Notes: generated from the letters alone by a model not told the origin. DNA of 64,000 bases from Aneurinibacillus sp. (GCA_020725425.1 DYFA01000045.1:70924-134923); one strand, 5' to 3'. Numbered from the stretch's first letter, positions 44,968 through 55,852 are shown. Translations and numbers: made by a program.

Positions 44968-46835
44968 GTTCCCACCGCCTTGCCACGCCGCCGCCCGTTC
45001 CAGGCCTCGGTCGCATACTTGAGCCGCACCAGCTCCTCTGCCCGGGAGCACTCCCCCGGCGTGAGCTCGCCCGGGGCCAGGACCACTCCGAACACCTCCG
45101 CCACCCCCGCGGCCACCGCCTCGACCACCTCCGTGAAGGCGGGGACCCGGCCCAGCACTCCCTCGAGCGAGGCGACGCCGTCCACCAGCGCTCGCCGCAA
45201 TCGCTCCCGGGCCGAGCGGGAGGGAAGCGCCAGACAGCGCAGGAGCTGATCGGGATCGAAACGCAAGAGAATCGAGCCGTGCTGGAGGATAGCCCCGGAC
45301 CGCCGGACCTGGGCCGAGCCGACCAGCTTCCGCCCCTTCACCACCAGTTCGTAGAAGGAAGGGGAGTCGAAGCAGGCCGCCGAGCGCTCCCCGCCCCGAT
45401 GCTTCGCCGGCGCCATCTCGGCCGGTGCCCCCAGCCGCCGCAACCCGGCCGCCAGCCCTTCGCCGATCGCCCGGTAGGTCTCGCTCACCGAAGACCCGGA
45501 GAAGCGGGGGTGCCCCTCCGGAACGACCACGGCATAGGTGACCTCTTCGGCGTGGAGCACCGCCCGTCCTCCAGTCGGCCGCCGGACACAGTCGAACCCC
45601 TGGGCGGCGCAGCCCTCCAGGTCGATCTCCTGCTCCCGGTCCTGGAAGTAGCCGAGGGAGAGGGCCGGCGGGTTCCAGCCGTAAAACCGCAGCGTCGGTG
45701 GGGCCTCGCCCCGGCCGACCGTCTCCATCAGAGCCTCGTCCACGGCCATGTTCCAGGCACCGGAGGCGAAACCCGTATCAAGCAGTCGCCAGGTTTCCCC
45801 GACAGGGAGAGCCACTGGCGTGAGCGGCGGCCGAGCCGTCTCCGGGAGACCCGCCTCCCTCAGGGCCCGCTCCGTCTCCTCCTCGCCCAACGGCCGGGGG
45901 TAATTGTAGGTAATGCCTCCGGGGCGCTCGGTGTAGTATGGCCGGTTGCAGTCCGGGCACCCGGAGGTCCGGAACGCCTCCCCCCCGGCCAGCGCCTCGC
46001 GGAGGTCCGCCGGAGACAGGCCGAAGCCGACCAGCCGCCCCTCAGGGTCGAAGGCGAAGGGTCGTCCGTCCGGCGCGACGCGGCCGGTAGCCAAAAGCCA
46101 CCGGGCGATCTGGAGCCGCCGGTAGACTGCCAGGTCAGGCGGGGCCTGTTCGGCAAGGGCGGTCCCGGGGACCGGGGTGAAGGCGAAAAGGCCCACCGTC
46201 AACCCGAGCCGGTGGAGCAGGAGCAGCGCCTCCGCCGCCTCCTTCTCCGACTCGCCCAGCCCGACGATCAGGTGGGTGGAGATCCGCCCCGGGAAGGCCG
46301 CCGCTGCCTCGCCCAGGAGATCCAGCAGGCGGGTGAAGCTGCCGCCCTTGACCCGGCGGAAGACCTCCGGCGTGGCGGCGTCCAGGGGAATACCGACCCG
46401 CTCGACGCCAAGTCTCAGCCATTCCCCCACTTCGGCGGCGTTCTTTGGCCTCACGGAGAGGCTGAGCGGCGGGTGAAGGGTCCCTTCGAGGGCAGAGAGG
46501 AAGGAGGCGACCCGTTCCCGCCAGCAGGGAGCGCTCACCACCTGCAGGCATAACCGGCGGAAGGGCGAGCCCTGCAGCGCCGCCAGGATCTCCTCATCCG
46601 CAAAGGCCGGCCAGGTCACCCGGGAGAGCCGGTCCGCCCGGCCCCGCGCCGTCCGGGCCTGGGGACAGAAGGCGCAGTCGGCCAGGCACCGCCCCTCGAG
46701 CAGAAGATAGGCGGTGGTAGGCGGGTCGCTCTGCCGGACCCGGGCTAAGCCCAGGACCCCGGCGGTACCCAGCGAAAGGCGCACGGTCGTCCTCCTTGTC
46801 AGGGATTTCCGGATGCGCTGAGAAAGGCGCAGCAC
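44964..46835 (-). CDS. Fusion protein: radical-SAM domain (LipS-like) + lipoate-protein ligase/octanoyltransferase (LplA/LipM BPL_LplA_LipB) domain
   Basis: N-terminal 'CLADCAFC' (CxxxCxxC). C-terminal 'GETWRLLDTGF...RFYGWNPPALSLGYFQ...RRPTGGRAVLH...KLVGSAQVRRSGAILQHGSIL' carries the lipoyl-ligase catalytic Lys motif. Confidence 0.7.
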   Translation of the reverse strand: MLRLSQRIRKSLTRRTTVRLSLGTAGVLGLARVRQSDPPTTAYLLLEGRCLADCAFCPQARTARGRADRLSRVTWPAFADEEILAALQGSPFRRLCLQVVSAPCWRERVASFLSALEGTLHPPLSLSVRPKNAAEVGEWLRLGVERVGIPLDAATPEVFRRVKGGSFTRLLDLLGEAAAAFPGRISTHLIVGLGESEKEAAEALLLLHRLGLTVGLFAFTPVPGTALAEQAPPDLAVYRRLQIARWLLATGRVAPDGRPFAFDPEGRLVGFGLSPADLREALAGGEAFRTSGCPDCNRPYYTERPGGITYNYPRPLGEEETERALREAGLPETARPPLTPVALPVGETWRLLDTGFASGAWNMAVDEALMETVGRGEAPPTLRFYGWNPPALSLGYFQDREQEIDLEGCAAQGFDCVRRPTGGRAVLHAEEVTYAVVVPEGHPRFSGSSVSETYRAIGEGLAAGLRRLGAPAEMAPAKHRGGERSAACFDSPSFYELVVKGRKLVGSAQVRRSGAILQHGSILLRFDPDQLLRCLALPSRSARERLRRALVDGVASLEGVLGRVPAFTEVVEAVAAGVAEVFGVVLAPGELTPGECSRAEELVRLKYATEAWNGRRRGKAVGT

Positions 46836-47662
46836 TCGTCATAAGGGACCAGCGCCCGGCCCTGAGCCGCCGCGAGTCGGCGCGCCGCCGGCGCCGGCTG
46901 GACGATGGCGTCCACCCCCGCCTCCACCGCCGCTACATCGAGTGCCTCCCGGTACCGCCCCCCCGGGCGCATGCAGCCCAGGGTGAGCCGGGCGCCGGGC
47001 AGGCGTTTCCGGGCGGCGGAGAGGAAGGCTGCCACCTCCTCGACCGGCGGGGCGCTCCGCCCCGCGTAGCGGGTCCCGGGCGTCGGGATGAAGACGAGCA
47101 CCACCAGGGCGTCGACTCCTTCCGCCACTAACCGGTCCAGGGCCGCGCCTTCCGGGCCGAGCCCGCCGCCGCGCAACCCGAGGCAGAGGTGGGGCACTAC
47201 AGGGAGCCGGGCCCGCAACGCCCGCAGGGCGGCCACGAACCTTTCCGGGCCGGCCTCTAAGCCGTAGACCTCCCGCAGCGTATCAGCGTCCGCGACGAAG
47301 TCGAGCGAGGCGACGTCCGCCCAGCCGGCGAGCGCCTCGGCTTCCGCCTCCTCCACCAGGCCGGGATGGGCGTTCAACCGGAACCGGCGGCGCAACCGGC
47401 GCAGCCGGCCGGCCTCCCGGGCCAGCGGCACCACGCCCCGGCGGTCACATCCCCCGCTGACGAGCAGGCTCTTGATTCGCCGCCAGCTTCTCCCTTCCTC
47501 CTGACCGGCCTCAACCGGCTCCAGCCCGACGGTGCGCAGATCGGCCATCCCGGCCAGGTATCGCCGGCCGCAGTGGGCGCAGTTCAGGGCGCACTCCGTC
47601 CCGGTGACGCTCACCGCCCGGGTCGCCCGGGGCCAGACGCAGATCAGCGGCCGGGGGTCCAC
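46799..47662 (-). CDS. Second radical-SAM protein (LipS partner-like)
   Basis: '[10 protein letters not shown]' CxxxCxxC, a TIM-barrel-like alternation, and a C-terminal CC pair. Confidence 0.6.
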   Translation of the reverse strand: MDPRPLICVWPRATRAVSVTGTECALNCAHCGRRYLAGMADLRTVGLEPVEAGQEEGRSWRRIKSLLVSGGCDRRGVVPLAREAGRLRRLRRRFRLNAHPGLVEEAEAEALAGWADVASLDFVADADTLREVYGLEAGPERFVAALRALRARLPVVPHLCLGLRGGGLGPEGAALDRLVAEGVDALVVLVFIPTPGTRYAGRSAPPVEEVAAFLSAARKRLPGARLTLGCMRPGGRYREALDVAAVEAGVDAIVQPAPAARRLAAAQGRALVPYDECCAFLSASGNP

Positions 47663-49101
47663 CGCAGGTCGGGCTGGCGGGCCGCCCGGGCCTCGTCGAG
47701 GCGGCGGACCGGCGTGTGGTGCGGAGCGTCCTTCACCAGCTCCGGTTCCTCTTCCGCCTCCCGGGCAATCTGAGCCATGGCCGCCGCGAAGGCATCCAGC
47801 GTCTGCTGACTCTCGGTCTCGGTCGGCTCGATCATCAGCGCCTCCTCGACGATCAGCGGGAAGTAGATCGTCGGGGCGTGGAAGCCGAGGTCCAGGAGGC
47901 GTTTCGCCATGTCCAGGGTATGGACGCCCCGGGCCTTCTGCCGGCTCCCTGAGAGCACGAACTCGTGCATGCAGGTCCGGTCGAAGGGCACCGCGAAGTG
48001 CGGCCGCAGCTTCACCCGCAGGTAGTTGGCGTTCAGCACGGCGTCCTCGCTCACCTGCTCGAGCCCCTCCGGCCCCACCGCCCGCAGGTAGGCGTAGGCC
48101 TTGAGCGCCACCAGGAAGTTGCCGTAGAACGCCTTGACCTTGCCGATGGACTGCGGCCGGTCGTAGGCCAGGCGGAACCCGTCCGGTCCCTTTTCCACCA
48201 CCGGCACCGGCAGGAACGGCACGAGCGCCTCCTTGACGCCGACCGGCCCCGAGCCCGGGCCGCCGCCGCCATGAGGCGTGGCGAAGGTCTTGTGGAGGTT
48301 CAGATGGACCACGTCGAAGCCCATGTCGCCGGGGCGGGCCTTACCCAGAATAGCGTTGAGGTTGGCCCCGTCGTAGTACAGGAGGGCGCCGGCAGCGTGC
48401 ACGGTCCGGCTGATCTCGACGATCTGCTCCTCGAAGAGCCCCAGCGTGTTAGGGTTGGTCAGCATCAGGGCCGCCGTGTCGGGGCCGACCGCCGCCCGGA
48501 GTCTCTCCAGGTCCACCATGCCCCGCTCATCGGAGGGCACGGAGACCACCTCGAACCCGGCGAGAGCGGCCGAGGCCGGGTTGGTCCCGTGGGACGAGTC
48601 CGGGACCAGGACCTTCTTCCGCTGCTCTCCCTCGCCCCGGGCCCGGTGATAAGCAGCGATGAGGAAGAGGCCGGTCAGCTCGCCGTGGGCCCCCGCCGCC
48701 GGCTGCATGGTCATTCTGGCCATCCCCGTGACCTCGCAGAGGTCCCGCTCCAGCTCCCAGAGGAGCGCCAGCGCCCCCTGGACGGTCGTCTCCGGCTGGT
48801 AGGGGTGCAGCCCGGCGAAGCCCGGCAGTTCCGCCACCGCCTCGTCGATCTTGGGGTTGTACTTCATCGTGCAGGAGCCGAGCGGGTAGAAACCGACGTC
48901 CACTCCGTAGTTCAGCCGGGAGAGGTTGGTGAAGTGGCGGACCACGTCCACCTCGCTCACCTCGGGCAGCATCGGCGCCTCCTTGCGCAGCGCCTTCGCC
49001 GGCAGAAGCCGCTCCACGGGCTTCTGCGGCACGTCCGCCGCGGGGAGAGAGTAGCCGCGCCGCCCGGGAGACGAGATCTCGTACAACAACGGCACGCTCA
49101 T
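47644..49101 (-). CDS. gcvPB: Glycine dehydrogenase (decarboxylating) subunit 2
   Basis: Start '[17 protein letters not shown]'. PLP-Lys region present. ATGA overlap with gcvPA. Confidence 0.9.
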   Translation of the reverse strand: MSVPLLYEISSPGRRGYSLPAADVPQKPVERLLPAKALRKEAPMLPEVSEVDVVRHFTNLSRLNYGVDVGFYPLGSCTMKYNPKIDEAVAELPGFAGLHPYQPETTVQGALALLWELERDLCEVTGMARMTMQPAAGAHGELTGLFLIAAYHRARGEGEQRKKVLVPDSSHGTNPASAALAGFEVVSVPSDERGMVDLERLRAAVGPDTAALMLTNPNTLGLFEEQIVEISRTVHAAGALLYYDGANLNAILGKARPGDMGFDVVHLNLHKTFATPHGGGGPGSGPVGVKEALVPFLPVPVVEKGPDGFRLAYDRPQSIGKVKAFYGNFLVALKAYAYLRAVGPEGLEQVSEDAVLNANYLRVKLRPHFAVPFDRTCMHEFVLSGSRQKARGVHTLDMAKRLLDLGFHAPTIYFPLIVEEALMIEPTETESQQTLDAFAAAMAQIAREAEEEPELVKDAPHHTPVRRLDEARAARQPDLRWTPGR

Positions 49102-50447
49102 GCCCGCTTCGCCTCCTCCGCCAGCGCCTCGACCAGCCGGTCGATCGCCGCCTTGCTCTTCGTCTCCGTGACACAGACCAGCAGGGCGTCGGTCAAGTCC
49201 GGGTAGAACCGCCCCAGCGGCAGTCCGGGCAGGATCCCCCTCGCCGCCAGCCGTTCGGCCAGCTCCTCCGCCGGCCCCGGCACCCGCACTACGAACTCGT
49301 GGAAGAACGGCCCCGGGAAGGCAAGTTTGAAGCCGGGCAGAGCGCTCAAGCGGTCCGCGGCATAGTGGGCCTTCTGTAGGCAAAGCTCAGCCAGTTCTTT
49401 TAGCCCCTGCGGCCCCAGGAGCGAGAGATGCACGGTGAAGGCGAGGGCGCAGAGCGCCTCGTTGGAGCAGATGTTGCTCGTGGCCTTCTCCCGCCGGATG
49501 TGCTGTTCCCTCGTCTGGAGGGTCAAGACGAACCCCCGCCGCCCGTCCCGGTCCACCGTGGCGCCGACGATCCGCCCCGGCATCCGCCGGACCAGGCTCT
49601 CCCGGGCGGCCATAAAGCCCACGTACGGCCCGCCGAACCCGAGAGGGTTGCCGAGCGGCTGTCCCTCACCCACGCAGAGGTCCGCCCCGTAGGCCCCCGG
49701 CGCTTCGAGCAGCCCGAGGCTCACCGGGTTAGCGACCACGATGAGGAGCGCCCCCTTGGCGTGGGCCGCCTGGGCCAACTCTTCCCCGGCCTCCACCAGC
49801 CCGAAGAAGTTGGGGTTCTGCACGATGACGGCCGCCGTCTGTTCCGAGACCTGCGCTGCCGCCGCCGCCGGGTCGAGCGCCCCCTCCGGCGCCGGCAGTT
49901 CCCGGACCGTCACCTCCCACTGCCGGGTGTAGGTCTTGAGAACCTCCCGGTATTCCGGGTGGACGTTCGCCCCGATCAGAACCTCCGTCCGCCGGGTGTG
50001 GGCGAGGGCCATCGCCGCCGCCTCGGCCACCGCCGTGGCCCCGTCATAGAGCGAGGCGTTCGCCACGTCCAGCCCGGTCAGAGCCGCCACGTAGCTTTGG
50101 AACTCGTAGATCGCCTGAAGGGTCCCCTGGCTGACCTCCGGCTGGTAAGGGGTGTAAGCGGTGTAAAACTCGGCCCGCCCGGTGAGCTGGCCGACCGCGG
50201 CCGGGACGTAGTGCTCGTAGGCCCCGGCGCCCAGGAAAGAAAGGAGCCCGTTAGTGGGCGTGTTCCGCCCGGCCAGCGCCTGGAGGTGGCCCGCCAGTTC
50301 CATCTCGGAGAGGGGTCCCGGCAAATCCAGCGGGCGGCGGAGCCGAACCGCCTCCGGGATCGGGGCGAAGAGTTCCTCGACCGACTTGACCCCGCAGGCC
50401 TTGAGCATCTCCGCCCGCTCCCGCTCGGTGTGCGGCAGGAAGTTCAT
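49098..50447 (-). CDS. gcvPA: Glycine dehydrogenase (decarboxylating) subunit 1
   Basis: '[20 protein letters not shown]...[16 protein letters not shown]'. Confidence 0.9.
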   Translation of the reverse strand: MNFLPHTERERAEMLKACGVKSVEELFAPIPEAVRLRRPLDLPGPLSEMELAGHLQALAGRNTPTNGLLSFLGAGAYEHYVPAAVGQLTGRAEFYTAYTPYQPEVSQGTLQAIYEFQSYVAALTGLDVANASLYDGATAVAEAAAMALAHTRRTEVLIGANVHPEYREVLKTYTRQWEVTVRELPAPEGALDPAAAAAQVSEQTAAVIVQNPNFFGLVEAGEELAQAAHAKGALLIVVANPVSLGLLEAPGAYGADLCVGEGQPLGNPLGFGGPYVGFMAARESLVRRMPGRIVGATVDRDGRRGFVLTLQTREQHIRREKATSNICSNEALCALAFTVHLSLLGPQGLKELAELCLQKAHYAADRLSALPGFKLAFPGPFFHEFVVRVPGPAEELAERLAARGILPGLPLGRFYPDLTDALLVCVTETKSKAAIDRLVEALAEEAKRA

Positions 50448-50839
50448 CGGCCGCCGCCTTCTTCCCCTCCGACGAAGGCCGCATAATCGTCGGCCGACAG
50501 CAGGTTATCCAGCTCGCCCGGGTCGGACAGCTCGATCACCGCGATCCAGCCGTCCCCGTAGGGATCCTGGTTGATGGTCTCCGGATGGTCGGAGAGGTTC
50601 TCGTTCACCTCGACCACCGTTCCGGAGACCGGGGCGTAAACCTCGGAGACCGCCTTGACCGACTCGACCACCGCGAACTCCCCGCCCTGGGTGGTCGTGT
50701 CCCCCACCGCCGGCAGCTCGACGAAGACGACGTCCCCCAGCTCCTTCTGGGCGTGGTCGGTGATCCCCACGATCGCCCGCTTCCCTGAGACCCTGACCCA
50801 CTCGTGTTCCCGGGTGTATTTCAGCTCCTTCGGATACAT
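50444..50839 (-). CDS. gcvH: Glycine cleavage system H protein (lipoyl carrier)
   Basis: 'MYPKELKYTREHEWV...ESVKAVSEVYAP' with the lipoyl-Lys in 'SVKA'. Confidence 0.9.
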   Translation of the reverse strand: MYPKELKYTREHEWVRVSGKRAIVGITDHAQKELGDVVFVELPAVGDTTTQGGEFAVVESVKAVSEVYAPVSGTVVEVNENLSDHPETINQDPYGDGWIAVIELSDPGELDNLLSADDYAAFVGGEEGGGR

Positions 50840-50948
50840 CAGTCGCCCTCCTCCGCTCTTGATTCCCGTATAATTCCGGGCCTCCGTTTCCGGCTCCTGC
50901 CAGTGTCGAGCCGGAGTGTTGACACTTCGCTCAACTACGCTCATACGT

Positions 50949-52094
50949 CTATGCGCCGGGTGCGGCCGGCTGCTTGGGCGGCTTGCAGGTGCGGGCGGGG
51001 ACGAACGGCGTCCGCACCACCTTGGCCGGCACCGCCTTCCCCCGGATCTCGACCCCGATCTCCTGGCCCTCCGCCGCCAGATCAGCCCGTAGATACCCCA
51101 GCCCGATGTTCCGGCCCAGGGTCGGAGAGAAGGACCCGCTCGTGACCTCCCCCGCCGCCGCCCCATCCGGCGCCTTGAGCCCGTAGCCGTGGCGGGCCAC
51201 GCCGCCCTCCACGACGAACCCGGCGAGCTTCCGCTTGACCCCCTCCGCCTGCTGTTTGAGCAGCGCCTCCCGGCCGATGAACTCGCCCTTCTCCAGCTTC
51301 ACCACCCAGTTCAGGCCGGCCTCGAGGGGCGTCGTTTCGTCCGTCAGGTCGTTGCCGTAGAGCGGGTAAGCCATCTCCAGCCGGAGCGTGTCCCGAGCCC
51401 CCAGCCCGACCGGAACCAGGCCCAGCGGCTCACCCACGGCCAGGAGTCTCCGCCAGAGCCTCGGCGCCTCCGCCGCGGCCACGTACAGTTCGAACCCGTC
51501 CTCCCCGGTGTAGCCGGTCCGGGCGATGATCGCCGGAACCCCGTCGGCCTTCCCCTCCACGAAGCGGTAGTAGTAGAGTTCCCCCAGCGACTGGTCCGCC
51601 ACCTGGGCCACGATGTCGGCCGCCTTTGGCCCCTGCACCGCGATCAGCGCCGTCTCCAGGGTGGCATCCCTGAGCTCCACGCCGGGGCCCGGCCCCTGGG
51701 CGGCTACCCAGGTCCAGTCCTTGGTCACGTTGGCCCCGTTCACCACCACCATGAACCCCCTGGTCCGCCGGTAGACGACGATGTCGTCCACCACCCCGCC
51801 GGACGGGTTGAGGAGCATGGAGTAGTGGGCCTGCCCGACCGCCAGCCTTCCTAGGTCGTTGGTCGTCAGCCGCTGCAGGAAGGCCTCGGCTCCCGGCCCC
51901 TCGACAAAGAACTCGCCCATGTGGGAGAGATCGAAGAGACCGGCCTTCTCCCGGGTGGCCACGTGCTCGGCGACGATGCCTGTATACTGGACCGGCATCT
52001 CCCAACCGCCGAAAGCGGTGAAGCGGGCTCCCAGGGCCTGGTGTTCGGCATGGAGCGGGGTCCGTTTGAGGGCTTCACGGGTCTGGTTCTCCAC
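50949..52094 (-). CDS. gcvT: Aminomethyltransferase (glycine cleavage T protein)
   Basis: GTG start with RBS GGAGGGAG. '[29 protein letters not shown]'. Confidence 0.9.
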   Translation of the reverse strand: MENQTREALKRTPLHAEHQALGARFTAFGGWEMPVQYTGIVAEHVATREKAGLFDLSHMGEFFVEGPGAEAFLQRLTTNDLGRLAVGQAHYSMLLNPSGGVVDDIVVYRRTRGFMVVVNGANVTKDWTWVAAQGPGPGVELRDATLETALIAVQGPKAADIVAQVADQSLGELYYYRFVEGKADGVPAIIARTGYTGEDGFELYVAAAEAPRLWRRLLAVGEPLGLVPVGLGARDTLRLEMAYPLYGNDLTDETTPLEAGLNWVVKLEKGEFIGREALLKQQAEGVKRKLAGFVVEGGVARHGYGLKAPDGAAAGEVTSGSFSPTLGRNIGLGYLRADLAAEGQEIGVEIRGKAVPAKVVRTPFVPARTCKPPKQPAAPGA

Positions 52095-52132
52095 AGCTGT
52101 CTCCCTCCGTTCGGTACTGTTTCCCCAGTCCC

Positions 52133-52175
52133 CCAAAAAGAAAAGACAGGGGAACGCGCCCGTTCCTCTGTCCTT
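52133..52175 (-). terminator. Intrinsic terminator forming the riboswitch expression platform
   Basis: RNA 'GGAACG-GGCG-CGUUCC' hairpin followed by 'CCUGUCUUUUCUUUUU', about 40 nt upstream of the gcvT RBS. Confidence 0.5.
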
Positions 52176-52360
52176 CTCGCCTGAGAGATGCCCTGGGCGA
52201 CTTTCCCTCCGCCCGGGTTGCTCCTTCGGCGGGCTTTGCGCCGCCTCTCCAGAGTGCCGTCCTCCCGGGCTTCCGCTTGCCTGAGAGTTTCAGCGAGGGT
52301 GGCCGCTCCTCGCCTTGCTCCTTCGGCGCCCGACTCTCCGGGTCTCTCCCCCGGGACTCC
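52147..52360 (-). ncRNA. Tandem glycine riboswitch (two aptamers)
   Basis: Minus-strand RNA aptamer 1: 'GGGGGAGAG...GCGCCGAAGGAGCAAGG...ACUCUCAGGCAAG'. Aptamer 2: 'CUCUGGAGAG...GCCGAAGGAGCAACC...UCUCUCAGGCGAGAAGGACAGAG'. Both match the glycine riboswitch consensus and sit upstream of gcvT. Confidence 0.85.
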
Positions 52361-52585
52361 TCCGGCCGGTATGCGATTGTCGGTCGCTTCAAGTCTATTC
52401 GCCCGCTGCTATTATTGGGCACCGGCGGGGCCAATTCCTGCCAGACCCGGACCCCCTGGCGCGGGGAGACATATAATGGCGCCAGAACGGGCGATGGTCC
52501 CAGGGAAAGTGGGGTGGAAGGATGGAGACCCTTCTGCAGCGGCTGGTCAATCCGATTCTCAGGCGGTGCAACCGCACGGTCATCC

Positions 52586-53488
52586 TCATCTGGCGCCGCC
52601 ACCGGTAATCTCCTGCGCGAAGCCGGCGATCAGGCCGGCCACGTGCTCCGGCTGCTCCAGGGGGCTCAGGTGGCCGGCTTCCGCTATGTCTGCCCGCCGG
52701 GCGCCTGGCACCAGCTCCATCAGGTCCTGGGTCGCCTCGGCCGGCAGGGCCGGGTCCTCCTCGCCCCGCCCCACCAGGACCGGCCGGGCGATGCCCCTCA
52801 GCTCCTCCCGGAGGGCCACCAACTCCTCCTCCGGGGTGGTCCCCACCCCCTCGATCAGCTTGGTCAGCGTCCACACCGCCTCCGGCCGGCTGAAGGCCTT
52901 GGTACCTTCCTCCACCAACTCTTCCGGGATCTCTCCCCCCGGCCGCCAGAGCCGGCGCAGGATCCCCCGGAGCCCTCCCAGCTGCCCCAAGCGGAAGACC
53001 CCGGCCATGAACGACGGCCGGGCGGCGAAGAGCGTGATCCAGGGGAAGGGATGATAGGGCGAGGCGGTGGCGTCCAAAGCAGCTACCCCCGCGACCAGCT
53101 CCGGCCGACGCGCCGCCAGCCGCAAGGCCAGCAGCCCGCCCAGGTCGTGCCCGGCGACCACCCATCGCTCGGCCCCGGCCAGGTCCGCCAGCAGAGCCTC
53201 CACCAGGCCGGTCAGGCCGCTCAAGGTATACGAAAAGCCCAGAGGCTTGTCGCTCCCCCCCATCCCGACCAGGTCCACAGCGACCACCCGGTGTCCCCGC
53301 TCGCCCAGCAGAGGCGCCACCCCCCTCCAGGTCAAGGAGGCCAGCGGGACCCCGTGGAGCAGGAGGATGGGCCTGCCCCTCACCCCCTCCCCCTCTGGAC
53401 AAGCGGAAGGCGGCCCGGGCACCTCCCAGACCGCCATTCTGACTCCACCCAGCTCCGCAAATCTCCCGGCCTCGCCTCTTCCGGACAA
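52586..53488 (-). CDS. Alpha/beta-fold hydrolase
   Basis: 'ILLLHGVPLAS', nucleophile elbow 'GHDLGG', and a C-terminal His. Confidence 0.75.
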   Translation of the reverse strand: MSGRGEAGRFAELGGVRMAVWEVPGPPSACPEGEGVRGRPILLLHGVPLASLTWRGVAPLLGERGHRVVAVDLVGMGGSDKPLGFSYTLSGLTGLVEALLADLAGAERWVVAGHDLGGLLALRLAARRPELVAGVAALDATASPYHPFPWITLFAARPSFMAGVFRLGQLGGLRGILRRLWRPGGEIPEELVEEGTKAFSRPEAVWTLTKLIEGVGTTPEEELVALREELRGIARPVLVGRGEEDPALPAEATQDLMELVPGARRADIAEAGHLSPLEQPEHVAGLIAGFAQEITGGGAR

Positions 53489-53593
53489 GCGCCTCTCCTC
53501 CGTTCGTGCCTAGCGTTCGCCCGGAACTGTACCCGTACCCTAGGGTCCTTCCTCTGAAACAACGACCTGACTGCCCGAAAACAGAAGCGGCTC

Positions 53594-55852
53594 TCAGCCG
53601 GAGACACCTTCAGGTGCCGACGTCTCTAGCCTGCTGTCCTGGTCCGCCTCAGATTCTTCGGTGCTGCCACCCTCGGATACTGTCGTTTCTGTGACATGGC
53701 GGTGTACCGATGCGAATTGGTGCGCCACCCGTTCGTCGATGTGCCCTTTCCGATAGTTCTCAGCGCGAGGAGACTCTAGTGCTGACCCGTAGACCCTGCT
53801 CAGCGCCTTAAGCACCTGCCCCGGGTCCACAACTAATCTCAAAGAATCGTACTGCATACGTTCAAAATCTCCTGGGGCCGGACCTGAGTCGCTGCCCCAA
53901 GCAGTGCCCAGGTAGCACTTAAGCAGTTCTACTGCATTCCGAGGGTTTTCTTCCATTAGCTTAACTAGGTAATCGTTGCTTTCCTGCCGGGACCCCCAAT
54001 GCGCCCATACGTAGAGTAGTGCAGGGGCTTCTTTTCGGAAGTCTTCGTGAAGAACATGTGTTTGGCTGTACTCGCGAATTCGATTTGCCGCAACCCTGCC
54101 AATCTCGTCTTCCTGGCTCTTGGGTAAGGTTGCCTCCTCGCCTTCTTCAGACGCGCGGAGCCATCTGTAGAACTCGACAGCCAGTGACAACGGTTCTATA
54201 CTCTTGATCAGAAGCTTAGCCACATCGAATCGTTGCTGGACATCAGGAATGTTCTTGAGCAACGTCGCCAGCAGGGCAGCTGCTCTTGAGAAGGGACTCA
54301 GTGAAAGAAACGTTTCGGTATTCGGAAACTCCGGGCCAACCTCTCCGATGGCTAGGGCCAAGTTAACCGACGTCTCTGGAGGCAGTACCTCGGCCCTTCT
54401 GATGAACTTGGTCAAAACCCTGTCGGGCCCTGCGTCCTTGATTGCCGCACGAAGCTCGGGGAGACAAGCGCTTACTCTCTCCCTCCTCTCAAGTCCAGCT
54501 AGTAGGGAGAGTATCGCGTTGTCAGAGACATCGCCGAGGGGAATTGCATACGAGAAGTAGCGCCGGAAGTAGTCCTGGGAGGCGACTCGTTGTTCCTCTG
54601 CCCAATGCTTGTCCCAGTCGGATCCGTATGCCGCGTCGCCATATAGCCCGCACCCGGATCTCGGGAACAACACACCAAGCAATTCTCTTGCAGCATCCTT
54701 GTCCTCAAGCGGAAGCTCGGCTAGAGCTTCGTCAATGAGTTGTTGTTTTCTCTTTCGTTGGGACTCATCGCGAGAGCTCTTCAGAACAGCATCAGGATTG
54801 TCACGAACCATCGAGTAGAGCTTTGGATAGAAGACCCTCATGCCTTCAACTAGCATCAGATCTACGGGATTGACCTCACCTTTGAGAATCGGGAGGGCGA
54901 ACAGCAGTGCGTTGCCGTATCGTTTCGCCATCCTTGGTGTCCGAAGTCGGGGCCCGAAGGCTGTGATAAAGCGGCTGCTGAACGAGTTGGCATCTTCCTT
55001 CTTGAGTGTAATACCTGCAAGAGAAAGTGCTTCGTTTGCTGCCATAAAACATATTTCTACGAGAGACGCTTCGTCAGCGGGAGGAAGATGCAGCGGGACC
55101 TGCACGATCTTATCAAGGAAATCGTGGCCCGCTGCCTCGTCCGAGCCATACCGCTCCGCCAACGCTTTGGCCACCATGTCATCGTCGAACGCCAAGACGT
55201 AGCTTGTGTATGCAAAATCCGCGGTCAACTTTACGAGCTTAAAGATTGCGTGAATTTCTGTCTTATCCAGACGATCAATGTCGTCCACCAGCACTACCAC
55301 GCGCTTCTTTGAGCTCGTTAGAATGGTTTCAATCTTCTTCTTTAGGGCTTCTGCATCTATTGAAGTGAGTTTCTCTCCGACCTTTTGTAGACTGCTAGCA
55401 TAGGGGTTGACAGGGACCAGTAGCGCTGCATACTGCATGAGCAGTCCAAAGATCTCTGTGGTAGAAGTAAGACTCCTATGTAGCGCCGATGCCAAGGTCC
55501 TGAAGTAGGCTATTATGAGTTGGGTCTCGTCCTCGCATTGCCAAGGATTGAACCAAACGCAGATAATGTTGGCATGATGTTCAAGTTCATGCTTGATAAA
55601 ATGGAGGACTGTCGATTTCCCCTCTCCCCACGCGCCGTATATCCCTACTACCAGACTGCTGGAATCCTCAGATGCAGCTATCGTGTCCGCTACTCTCTTG
55701 GCAAAAGGCCACCGTCGAAAGCGATCTTGACTTGGATCCGTTATCGGAGAGTCCGCAAAGTAAGCACCTTGCGCTTCCGTTGACCTATTCTTGCGGGGTT
55801 GGTGGCCAGCTCGGCCCCTCCTGCTCTTGAATGGCCACATTCGCCGCATCAC
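53594..55852 (-). CDS. KAP-family P-loop NTPase
   Basis: 'DRFRRWPFAKRVADTI', Walker A 'GAWGEGKST', 'FNPWQ', and Walker B 'VVLVDDIDRL'. 752 aa. GC is markedly lower than the flanks. Confidence 0.8.
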   Translation of the reverse strand: MMRRMWPFKSRRGRAGHQPRKNRSTEAQGAYFADSPITDPSQDRFRRWPFAKRVADTIAASEDSSSLVVGIYGAWGEGKSTVLHFIKHELEHHANIICVWFNPWQCEDETQLIIAYFRTLASALHRSLTSTTEIFGLLMQYAALLVPVNPYASSLQKVGEKLTSIDAEALKKKIETILTSSKKRVVVLVDDIDRLDKTEIHAIFKLVKLTADFAYTSYVLAFDDDMVAKALAERYGSDEAAGHDFLDKIVQVPLHLPPADEASLVEICFMAANEALSLAGITLKKEDANSFSSRFITAFGPRLRTPRMAKRYGNALLFALPILKGEVNPVDLMLVEGMRVFYPKLYSMVRDNPDAVLKSSRDESQRKRKQQLIDEALAELPLEDKDAARELLGVLFPRSGCGLYGDAAYGSDWDKHWAEEQRVASQDYFRRYFSYAIPLGDVSDNAILSLLAGLERRERVSACLPELRAAIKDAGPDRVLTKFIRRAEVLPPETSVNLALAIGEVGPEFPNTETFLSLSPFSRAAALLATLLKNIPDVQQRFDVAKLLIKSIEPLSLAVEFYRWLRASEEGEEATLPKSQEDEIGRVAANRIREYSQTHVLHEDFRKEAPALLYVWAHWGSRQESNDYLVKLMEENPRNAVELLKCYLGTAWGSDSGPAPGDFERMQYDSLRLVVDPGQVLKALSRVYGSALESPRAENYRKGHIDERVAHQFASVHRHVTETTVSEGGSTEESEADQDSRLETSAPEGVSG

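Noticed and set aside
42650-50486. Long plus-strand ORFs (42650..44284, 45279..46553, 47965..49206, 49428..50486) opposite metH, lipS-lplA and gcvP
   Set aside because: Antisense to strongly conserved genes. High-GC shadow ORFs.
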